From: a virus
Lineage: Duplodnaviria; Caudoviricetes
IMG/VR virus record: IMGVR_UViG_3300044580_000040
Coordinates: 1-41,049 of that record
DNA length: 41,049 nt
Strand: one strand, 5' to 3'
Below the pieces are notes generated by a model. That model was not told where the DNA came from. It was given only the letters and a program-made list of their open reading frames with translations, and searched no databases. Below, piece by piece: positions 25,821-32,751 of this stretch (position 1 is the first letter of the stretch; the number at the start of each line of letters is the position of its first letter). A program made the position numbers and the translations under genes.

Positions 25821-25943
25821 TTACCCAAATAGTCTAAGCTGCCCACGTTCCTGCGCTCCCTTCTCTTGATTGCACTTACGACAGGCACATTGAGTATTCC
25901 TGTAGCTATGCTCGCCTCCTTGCGCCCAGGGTCCTCGCTTCAC
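25821..25943 (-). pseudogene. C-terminal remnant of a second HNH endonuclease
   Basis: PWAQGGEHSYRNTQCACRKCNQEKG...GQLRLFG*; lacks the N-terminal CxxC and DH. Confidence 0.7.
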
Positions 25944-26272
25944 TTCTTACCCCATAAATGATCCGGGTCTAAAGGGAATCCATCAACATCACATCCAGGA
26001 TAAATGCCGTGTAAGTCCTTTAGCCGTTTAGCTGAGTCATGACATTGTTTGCACAACGCCTGCAAATTATCCCTGTCATAGAACAACGCCACATCACCCT
26101 TATGCTCCCGGATGTGGTCAACCACAGTTGCCGCCGTCACCCTGCCCTGACGCTCACACAGACGGCACAGTGGTTCTTCATTGAGGACCAGCGCCCGGAG
26201 CTTTCGCCACCTTGTTGAGCCGTACAGTTTGGGATAACGCTCTGCGCCCGTCCCCTTCTTTGTTGTTAGCAT
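25940..26272 (-). CDS. HNH endonuclease (HK97 gp74-like terminase cofactor)
   Basis: PLCRLC, VVDHIREHKG, NLQALCKQCHD; alternative start at 26299. Confidence 0.92.
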   Translation of the reverse strand: MLTTKKGTGAERYPKLYGSTRWRKLRALVLNEEPLCRLCERQGRVTAATVVDHIREHKGDVALFYDRDNLQALCKQCHDSAKRLKDLHGIYPGCDVDGFPLDPDHLWGKK

Positions 26273-26361
26273 AGAAAGCCTCTCGTTTGCATGAAACAAA
26301 TTGAATCTTTATTGTGTTTACTGTCATAACCATCTTTCGTTTTGCTGGATCCTGTTGCCAT
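26266..26361 (-). CDS. Tiny hypothetical protein (31 aa)
   Basis: TAATG coupling upstream; overlaps the HNH start. Confidence 0.35.
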   Translation of the reverse strand: MATGSSKTKDGYDSKHNKDSICFMQTRGFLC

Positions 26362-26483
26362 TACCGTCGTCCCCTCCACCACTCCCTGACCACGCTCACG
26401 ATCACCCACAGTCCGCCAACCCCGAGACAGAATAAACCCGCCTCGATACACGCCCTCAGCATGGCAAGATCATCGTCGGTCAT
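26361..26483 (-). CDS. Tiny single-TM protein (40 aa)
   Basis: MTDDDLAMLRACIEAGLFCLGVGGLWVIVSVVREWWRGRR; ATGA coupling. Confidence 0.55.
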   Translation of the reverse strand: MTDDDLAMLRACIEAGLFCLGVGGLWVIVSVVREWWRGRR

Positions 26484-26581
26484 ATCGGCCACCAAATATC
26501 CATCGGCATCATCCACGCTATTACGGCAAGGCAGCCGATGACCATACCTATCCAGAATAAGATTAAGGTTCGGTCAGACAT
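26480..26581 (-). CDS. Tiny single-TM protein (33 aa)
   Basis: MSDRTLILFWIGMVIGCLAVIAWMMPMDIWWPI; G-rich SD. Confidence 0.55.
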   Translation of the reverse strand: MSDRTLILFWIGMVIGCLAVIAWMMPMDIWWPI

Positions 26582-26623
26582 TTTCCCCCCTGAACAATAA
26601 TTTTATTTTTTTGTTGATTGTAC

Positions 26624-26652
26624 TTGACATATAACCCAACGATGGGTATAAT
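26624..26652 (+). promoter_or_regulatory. Perfect-consensus sigma70 promoter with a palindromic operator in the spacer
   Basis: TTGACA-17 bp-TATAAT; ACCCAACGATGGGT in the spacer; T-rich UP-like element upstream. Confidence 0.9.
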
Positions 26653-26694
26653 TATAATATGAGATACACAACACACAACAAAAAGGAGGACACG

Positions 26695-27396
26695 ATGAGA
26701 GGAGTGTTGAGAGTGGTACGCGACGGCGAAGTTAAACTGACCCTCCCTGGACCGAGCATCACCATCAAACAGGATGGCACCCTGTGGTACGGCGGTATGC
26801 CGATACTTGGCATTACCGACCCCATTCTTAAGGCTAGCGTTGCTGCCGACCTCAAGGCTGAACGGTTTGACCGCATCCCCGCTGATGCATGGACGAGACT
26901 CGGAGAAAACCCCAATGGGCTGTGGGCGGGCGATGACGCAATGTGGGCAACTCATCCCCTCAAAGCGGTCCAAGACGCAGAGGCACGGAGGCGGGAGGAG
27001 ATCGAACGGCGCACGGTGAGAGTATATCTTAGCTCCCGTGGATGGGGTGACTACTCTCCGGTTGAGTGGGTTGGAGATATCACCCGACCCGACGCCGAAA
27101 TACTGGCCGAGTGCAAAGATGCCCTTGCCAAAGGTTACGACGTGGATAAGCCCACCCAAACCGACGCCGAGATACTGGCCGCTATCGGGGCCGCCCGCGC
27201 AAAATGGGGAGGTATACCGGTACGCCAAGCCGAGGAGAGAACCGACATCCAGCACAAGATAGATACCGGGTATTGCTTCGCCTGCGAGTCCTACTGCCAC
27301 GGGGATTGCGGACACTACAGCAACGACCCGATGATGAGATATACCCAGCACGCCAGCGAGGCCGCGCGGGAAGCTGATTACGGCATCAATGATTAA
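26695..27396 (+). CDS. Hypothetical protein with C-terminal Cys cluster (moron gene 1)
   Basis: AAGGAGG SD; CFACESYCHGDC; internal DAEILA duplication at 27089 and 27161. Confidence 0.8.
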   Translation: MRGVLRVVRDGEVKLTLPGPSITIKQDGTLWYGGMPILGITDPILKASVAADLKAERFDRIPADAWTRLGENPNGLWAGDDAMWATHPLKAVQDAEARRREEIERRTVRVYLSSRGWGDYSPVEWVGDITRPDAEILAECKDALAKGYDVDKPTQTDAEILAAIGAARAKWGGIPVRQAEERTDIQHKIDTGYCFACESYCHGDCGHYSNDPMMRYTQHASEAAREADYGIND

Positions 27397-27402
27397 GGAG
27401 GC

Positions 27403-27912
27403 ATGATGATACTCTCTTATACCGATATTTTCGAAAACGGAAAGGCCCGCCGCATCGAGGCCGACATCACTACCGATCACCCGGCGTCGAGTTATGGGAT
27501 GCCGGTTGTTATCCTGCCCGACGGACAAGCCCTCAATGCCGACTCGTGGATACTGCTCAACTATCATGTGGTCAAAGCCTCCAAGGCTGAGGCCACCCTG
27601 ATGGAGAGGTGGCTTAAAAACCTGTATGCAATGATGGGCATACAGCAATCGCCCGCCGCCGCCCTCGGCTCCATCCGCTCCGAGAAAAAAGCAGCATCGT
27701 CCCGCGAGAACGGGAAGAAGGGGGGGAGGCCTGTAATGGAAATGAAAACATGGTGTGTACTCAACAATGAAAACGGGGCGTTTTTCGGTACGGTCGATGC
27801 GAAAACATGGAAGAAGGCGTTGACGTTGGCGTATGATGTGTATAGCCGTGATCGTAGATTCACCCTCGACGTTATCAGTGACGCGGAATACAGAGAGAAA
27901 TTGGGGCTATAA
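27403..27912 (+). CDS. Putative DNA-binding regulator with SEKKAASSRENGKKGGRP motif (moron gene 2)
   Basis: AAGGAGG SD; AAALGS...RENGKKGGRP AT-hook-like motif. Confidence 0.75.
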   Translation: MMILSYTDIFENGKARRIEADITTDHPASSYGMPVVILPDGQALNADSWILLNYHVVKASKAEATLMERWLKNLYAMMGIQQSPAAALGSIRSEKKAASSRENGKKGGRPVMEMKTWCVLNNENGAFFGTVDAKTWKKALTLAYDVYSRDRRFTLDVISDAEYREKLGL

Positions 27913-27937
27913 AGACCGTAACGCTTCTCCCTCGTCC

Positions 27938-27962
27938 AGGCGGGGCTTCGGTCCCGCCTTTT
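27938..27962 (+). terminator. Rho-independent terminator
   Basis: AGGCGGGGC-TTCG-GTCCCGCCT followed by TTT. Confidence 0.8.
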
Positions 27963-27973
27963 CCTTGTCGGGG

Positions 27974-28132
27974 TCACTTGCATATCACGTCCACCGCCCG
28001 TTGCAACCACACGATAGCCATTCCCGCCCAGAACATGACCAAGGGTTGCCAGAACTCGCTCGCGCCATCGTAGAGATATCTGCTCACCCCAAAAGACACC
28101 GCGCAGACGAGTCCACACCAGAGCCATTTCAT
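27974..28132 (-). CDS. Small 2-TM protein (52 aa)
   Basis: MKWLWCGLVCAVSFGVS...LVMFWAGMAIVWLQ; ATGA coupling; hand-translated. Confidence 0.6.
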   Translation of the reverse strand: MKWLWCGLVCAVSFGVSRYLYDGASEFWQPLVMFWAGMAIVWLQRAVDVICK

Positions 28133-28887
28133 CCCCTCACCGCCTTGTCTGCTTCCATGCCCTTGTGGAGGAGATACCGGACCTGCAAATCCGGTGTCCG
28201 AAATTCGGCCTCGGCCATTGCTTCGATCCGCTCGTACATTTCAGGCGGGATAAGAATCGCACGAGCAGGCACGGGGGCCTCAAATTCCAGTTGCGTCTCC
28301 TCGTCTTTCCCCGTTGTGGGGATTCCCGTAACGGGCGGTGTGGGCGGCTTCGCGGGATGTTTTTCTTTCTCCTCCTCCAACGCGGCGTGAAATGTCTCTT
28401 TCGCCCTTTCCATCCGGGCCTTCCTGGCAGCCAGCGAATATCTCCTCACCCTTTCCGCTACAGTCTCCGGGTCTTCCTTCCTGCCCGTCTTTTCTGTCCT
28501 GTACTGTTCGACGGTGATCCCGTAGGCTTCCTTGAAATGGCTGTTGCAATATCCCGCGACCGCTCCCCATTTATCGCAGCCGTCGTGTTTGCACGTGAAC
28601 ATAATTTCCTCCTTTTTTCTCAGACTCTCCCCCACCTGCAGGGGACTTGAGCCGGTGTTATCCGGCCTTGCCGATGCCGGAATTCCGATATCGGGTTGTT
28701 TCTCTGCCTTCGTGATCTCCATAAACGGCCACCTCGCCGGGACGCCCACGATCGCATAGTTGCCGCAGTAGCCGCAGTGGTATTCAACGGGGCTGTTCAT
28801 GCGGTCCGTGATGACCTCGACCTGGTGACCGTGCATGCACTTCCTGCAGATGATCGGGTGGCGGGTGAGGAGGAGCTGAGCCTTCAT
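28129..28887 (-). CDS. Cys-rich (Zn-binding) hypothetical protein with possible RHH-like C-terminus
   Basis: ATGA-coupled start at 28887; CRKC/CGYC and CKHDGC...CNSH; strong internal SD before MFTCKH. Confidence 0.7.
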   Translation of the reverse strand: MKAQLLLTRHPIICRKCMHGHQVEVITDRMNSPVEYHCGYCGNYAIVGVPARWPFMEITKAEKQPDIGIPASARPDNTGSSPLQVGESLRKKEEIMFTCKHDGCDKWGAVAGYCNSHFKEAYGITVEQYRTEKTGRKEDPETVAERVRRYSLAARKARMERAKETFHAALEEEKEKHPAKPPTPPVTGIPTTGKDEETQLEFEAPVPARAILIPPEMYERIEAMAEAEFRTPDLQVRYLLHKGMEADKAVRG

Positions 28888-29291
28888 GCGGCGCTCCTCG
28901 GCTTTGCCTTGAATTGAGCGGCCATTTTCCCATCCGGCGTGAGCTGGTAATAATACATATCGCTCCATCCCTCCCTTGGTACTCGTCTCGCAACGGCCCT
29001 GATAAGACCCCTCTCCAGCAATGCCCTAAATGTCTGGGTCGTGAGTTTGGGCGTAGGGCCATCAATAGGTCTGCCCCTTCTCGGATCAACGCTGATGGGG
29101 ATACCCAAATCGGCAGACACAGCAATCATGTGTTGCCTCGCTTCCTCGCTCACCCACGCGGTTGTCCACATGGGTCGCTCTACGTCGCTTACTGCCTGAA
29201 TGGTCACGGTAGGATATGCCAGAAGCCATTCAACAACAGCGCGCATGCGGCGGGTCAGGAGGAGCTGGACGGCGGGTTTGGGGTCCATCAC
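28884..29291 (-). CDS. Hypothetical protein with winged-helix-like C-terminus
   Basis: TFRALLERGLI...YQLTPDG; coupled to its neighbours. Confidence 0.65.
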   Translation of the reverse strand: MMDPKPAVQLLLTRRMRAVVEWLLAYPTVTIQAVSDVERPMWTTAWVSEEARQHMIAVSADLGIPISVDPRRGRPIDGPTPKLTTQTFRALLERGLIRAVARRVPREGWSDMYYYQLTPDGKMAAQFKAKPRSAA

Positions 29292-29677
29292 TTCACCTCG
29301 TGTATCTCGATCCCGTGCCGCCAGCGCATGAGCTTCCGCTTGATGGGGTACTTCTGATCAGGGAAGCCCTTCACGTCGTAAACGGTCTCCGTCCCGTCAT
29401 TCTCCTCGACAACGAAGTCAGCTACGTATTTTACGGCCAGTTCGACAACTTTCTCGACGGTCTTCGGGTTGCCTTTCTTGTCGAACTTGGTCACCGGGAC
29501 CCTCTGTGCCGGAACGAGCTCAAAGGGAACCTGCATACGGAATCCCCGTATCTCACCCCGGGCCTTCTGATCGCGGAAGGTCCGATACCACTTGGCCTCG
29601 GCCTTCGAGCCGAAATGGATACCGTCTACGGTCTCGCCTTTTGCGTTGTACTTGTGGGCAGACTCAAGAGAACTCAC
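29288..29677 (-). CDS. DUF1064-family PD-(D/E)xK nuclease (putative resolvase)
   Basis: KYNAK...DGIHFGSKAEA, QVPFEL, YVADF and DVKG motifs. Confidence 0.88.
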   Translation of the reverse strand: MSSLESAHKYNAKGETVDGIHFGSKAEAKWYRTFRDQKARGEIRGFRMQVPFELVPAQRVPVTKFDKKGNPKTVEKVVELAVKYVADFVVEENDGTETVYDVKGFPDQKYPIKRKLMRWRHGIEIHEVK

Positions 29678-29931
29678 CCTTCCACCTCCACGCTCGGTCT
29701 CCGGTGCGCGGTATGCGTCCCCGCAATAACCCTCTCCACATCGCGCAGTTTTCTCGAATCGAGCTGCCCGGCATAGACCACCAGCGTCCGGTCCTTTGTC
29801 CGGTCGGTGTCGTTGAACAGGCGAAATGTCTTCACGGTTCCCGGGGCCATGGTCAGATGGATGGTCTTAATTTCCGGGCCGTCAGGCTTGGGCTCCGGTT
29901 CCTTCTTTCTGAAAATGTCGAGTAATTTCAC
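29674..29931 (-). CDS. Hypothetical protein
   Basis: AGGAGG SD; coupled overlaps. Confidence 0.6.
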   Translation of the reverse strand: MKLLDIFRKKEPEPKPDGPEIKTIHLTMAPGTVKTFRLFNDTDRTKDRTLVVYAGQLDSRKLRDVERVIAGTHTAHRRPSVEVEG

Positions 29932-30074
29932 ACCAGCCTCCTTTTTTTCTCGATGTCCTGCATAGCCTTCCTCTCTGCCTCTCTCCTGCTCATATTCGCG
30001 TCGTACTCATAGATCGCGGCCCGTTCCTCGTACCAGTCAAGTTCGGGTTCGGTGAGGTCGGAGGGGGCAAGCAT
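29928..30074 (-). CDS. Small EERAAI-motif protein (48 aa)
   Basis: WYEERAAIYEYDANMSRERAE; TAATG coupling to the helicase gene; hand-translated. Confidence 0.7.
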   Translation of the reverse strand: MLAPSDLTEPELDWYEERAAIYEYDANMSRREAERKAMQDIEKKRRLV

Positions 30075-31201
30075 TATTCCTCATGGACGAAATCAGGGTC
30101 CGTCTTCCCCAGGTTATAAACCTTCGCCGATTTCTTCGTGAATCCCTTCGTCTTCGCGGGGCTTGCCTCGCCTTTGTCAGGGTCATACCACGCTCCGTCC
30201 ATCCTCAAATCCCCGCCCTGCACGATCTTGTACCTGCACACCTTCCCTCTAGGTCTCTCGTCACCCTTCCAGTTCTTCGCGACGGTGATTCGAGCGATGT
30301 TGTCCCCGCCATTGTGTTCGAGGTTGACCGCAAGCCGCGCCTTCTCAAGCGTCCCTTCCCCACCTACCGCAAACGCCTTGTAGGACCGCTTCTGCATGAC
30401 GATGAGCAATAGTCCCTTGTCGAGCTTGTCGAATACCCGCCTGATGTCCTCCGTCACCGTATACGCCTCTGCGCCCACCTCGAGGAAGTCGATGATGTTC
30501 AGGCCGTTAGGGTCAATGTGGTCCTCGAACTGCTTGGCCTGTTCCATCCAGACGATCTTCTTCCACTCCGCCATGCGGAAGGAGGAGGGGAACTTTATGA
30601 GCCGTCGCCGCAATTCCATACTCCCCATCTCGGAGTTGAAATACCGTACTGGGTAGGTGTCTCGGTTGGCATAAGCCACGTTGAGGGCGAAACAAGTCTT
30701 GCCTGCGTCCTTCTCGCCTGATACCAGGATGATGTTGCGAGGGTAGAGTTCAACCATCGTGTGGAGAAGAAGGGGAAGATAGATGTCGGACGCCTTCTCG
30801 TCAACCTCGTCGAGGTCCATGATGTGCGGGTTACGATCAACAAGGCGGTACGTTCCGTGTCTCGAGCCTGTGCAGGCAAGGATACCTTCTGTTTCCATCT
30901 GCCGGATGATGTCATACACCCGGCGTTTCTGATCGCCCCTAGCGTCGAAGAAGGACATCACCTCTTTCGCGTTGATCGTGCCCGTGATGGACAGAATATA
31001 CTCGCGGACATCCTTGTCAAATATCGCCTGCTCGAGACGCTTCTGGCCCGCTATCAGTTCCATGGCCTTCTTCTGGACATCGGCGGGGAGGTCGGTTATC
31101 CCCTGTGAAAGGCGGTCGTACACATCGGCCATAAGGTCCGTTGAGGCGTTACGGCCCGCCATGTCGTCAAGGATTCTGAGTATGTCGCGGGGTTCGATCA
31201 T
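30074..31201 (-). CDS. RecA/DnaB-like (SF4-type) replicative helicase/ATPase
   Basis: GEKDAGKT Walker A, YFNSEM, IIDFL Walker B, VAKNW. Confidence 0.8.
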   Translation of the reverse strand: MIEPRDILRILDDMAGRNASTDLMADVYDRLSQGITDLPADVQKKAMELIAGQKRLEQAIFDKDVREYILSITGTINAKEVMSFFDARGDQKRRVYDIIRQMETEGILACTGSRHGTYRLVDRNPHIMDLDEVDEKASDIYLPLLLHTMVELYPRNIILVSGEKDAGKTCFALNVAYANRDTYPVRYFNSEMGSMELRRRLIKFPSSFRMAEWKKIVWMEQAKQFEDHIDPNGLNIIDFLEVGAEAYTVTEDIRRVFDKLDKGLLLIVMQKRSYKAFAVGGEGTLEKARLAVNLEHNGGDNIARITVAKNWKGDERPRGKVCRYKIVQGGDLRMDGAWYDPDKGEASPAKTKGFTKKSAKVYNLGKTDPDFVHEE

Positions 31202-31773
31202 TGCAGCTTTCGCACGGCCTCCATGAACGTCACACCCTCGACTTTACGGACAAGTTCTATCGAATCCCCGGACCATCCGCACGAATGACACCGGCCCCGG
31301 TTGCCTTTTACCTCGAAGGATGACGGATTTTTCCCCTCATGCACGGGGCAGCGTGTCCGCCGGAACTTGACCACGCAGCCGTAAGAGGAAAGAAGCTCCT
31401 CCATCGGGTATTCCCTGGCGTTGGCGATCTGCCTGTCCGTGTCATCGTTTCCCTTCCTCATGGGGTTCTCCTTGTTGAGCAGCCTGCCCAGGGCTTCCAG
31501 CTTCGTCTTCTCCTCGCCTAGCCTCTCCTTGAGGAGCAACAGGGCAACAAGATTGCCCTCCCCTATCGCCCGGTCTATTGCGTCGTGAATCACGAAAAGG
31601 TGGTCCGTTACAAGGTCGATCTGCTCGCATATCAACGACAGTCTGTGGCGGTACAAGAGGGATGCAAGAAGGGGTTTCAGTATCGTGCTCGGTGTTTCCC
31701 ATCCGCGCTCTTTAGCCCAGGCGGTAACAGCCTTTCTGTTGCGGGTCTGCATGTCGTAATAGCTGAGATTCAT
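31198..31773 (-). CDS. CHC2 zinc-finger protein (primase Zn-binding domain only)
   Basis: CPVHEGKNPSSF...CHSCGWSGDSI...FMEAV. Confidence 0.85.
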   Translation of the reverse strand: MNLSYYDMQTRNRKAVTAWAKERGWETPSTILKPLLASLLYRHRLSLICEQIDLVTDHLFVIHDAIDRAIGEGNLVALLLLKERLGEEKTKLEALGRLLNKENPMRKGNDDTDRQIANAREYPMEELLSSYGCVVKFRRTRCPVHEGKNPSSFEVKGNRGRCHSCGWSGDSIELVRKVEGVTFMEAVRKLQ

Positions 31774-32498
31774 TTCTCATACCTTCCTTCGAGGATCTTC
31801 ACGAAATTTTCCTCCTTGCATATCCATTCGAGGTCAGCCGTCCATTGTCTGTCGTTCTTCCCGGTAAGGTGAGGACATTTGGTGGCGATGAACACAAAAA
31901 ATTGCTTCCACCAGTCGAGGTCTTGATACTCTTTCGAGGATACCCACCGGGCCTTTAATTGCTTCTGCCTTTTCGGGGTCCATTGCCTTACCCTGGGTAG
32001 TGCCGGACAGAATTCGTGATAGAGTTTGATTATTTCCTGATGAGGACAGCCGTTGTTAGCACCGCTAACGACAAGAGTATTTATATAAGAAGAAGAAGAT
32101 ACAGCGTTACATTTCCGTTTCACGCCCGTTACATCACCGTTACATTCGGCGTTACTTTTCTTTTCCCGGAATCGCTTAACCCTGTCCTTCGTTGATTGGC
32201 GGTCTTTTTCGTCACGTACCATCCGTCTATTGATGAGCGTTACATTACCGTTACAATCGCGTTCAACGTCGCATATTTTGGAGGCTATTAACTCCTCTAA
32301 TATGGCCTCTGCGGCCTCATTTTCGACACCCCACAAACGTTTCATTTGCGTTACATCAGCGTTACAACGTCCTTTCTCTTGTGAAAACCACATGATACAA
32401 AGCACATCCATCCACGCACCACGCGCTTGAATGGATAATGTGCGTGTATCCCGGAGGTAATCTGCGAAGTAAAATTGCGCTGCTGGTGATCTACTCAT
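31770..32498 (-). CDS. Replication initiator (DUF1376/YdaU-like N-terminus, lambda O analogue)
   Basis: AAQFYFADYLRDT...RGAW; C-terminal WTADLEWI...NFVKILEGRY; internal iterons. Confidence 0.85.
   Translation of the reverse strand: MSRSPAAQFYFADYLRDTRTLSIQARGAWMDVLCIMWFSQEKGRCNADVTQMKRLWGVENEAAEAILEELIASKICDVERDCNGNVTLINRRMVRDEKDRQSTKDRVKRFREKKSNAECNGDVTGVKRKCNAVSSSSYINTLVVSGANNGCPHQEIIKLYHEFCPALPRVRQWTPKRQKQLKARWVSSKEYQDLDWWKQFFVFIATKCPHLTGKNDRQWTADLEWICKEENFVKILEGRYEK
32077..32366. repeat. Replication origin: nine CGTTACA-type iterons plus an AT-rich tract
   Basis: Copies at 32105, 32116, 32127, 32138, 32150, 32238, 32249, 32349 and 32360, mostly 11 bp apart; AT-rich 32077-32100. Confidence 0.85.
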
Positions 32499-32532
32499 CT
32501 TCCCTCCTGCCCCTCTTCCCTCTCGATCAGCG

Positions 32533-32751
32533 CTACCACCTTTCCCCCTTCCACTTCCTGAGTCCTTCGAACGCTAGATACAAAAATATCCCGTTCTGCA
32601 ACGCCTCGATGTGCAGGCCGTGATACCAGTTGATGACCGCCCATGCCGTGTTGCTGGCAATCCAGCACAGGTAGCAGGAGCGACGTTTGCGGTTACTCAG
32701 CATGACACCTGCGACGGCTAGGGCGAGGAAGATCAGGTGATGGAGGGTCAT
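32533..32751 (-). CDS. Small 3-TM PnuC-like membrane protein
   Basis: LAVAGVMLS...CYLCWIASNTAW...EGLRKW pattern. Confidence 0.65.
   Translation of the reverse strand: MTLHHLIFLALAVAGVMLSNRKRRSCYLCWIASNTAWAVINWYHGLHIEALQNGIFLYLAFEGLRKWKGERW

Noticed and set aside
26563-27648. 361-aa minus-strand ORF
   Set aside because: Antisense shadow of two plus-strand genes that have their own promoter, SDs and terminator.
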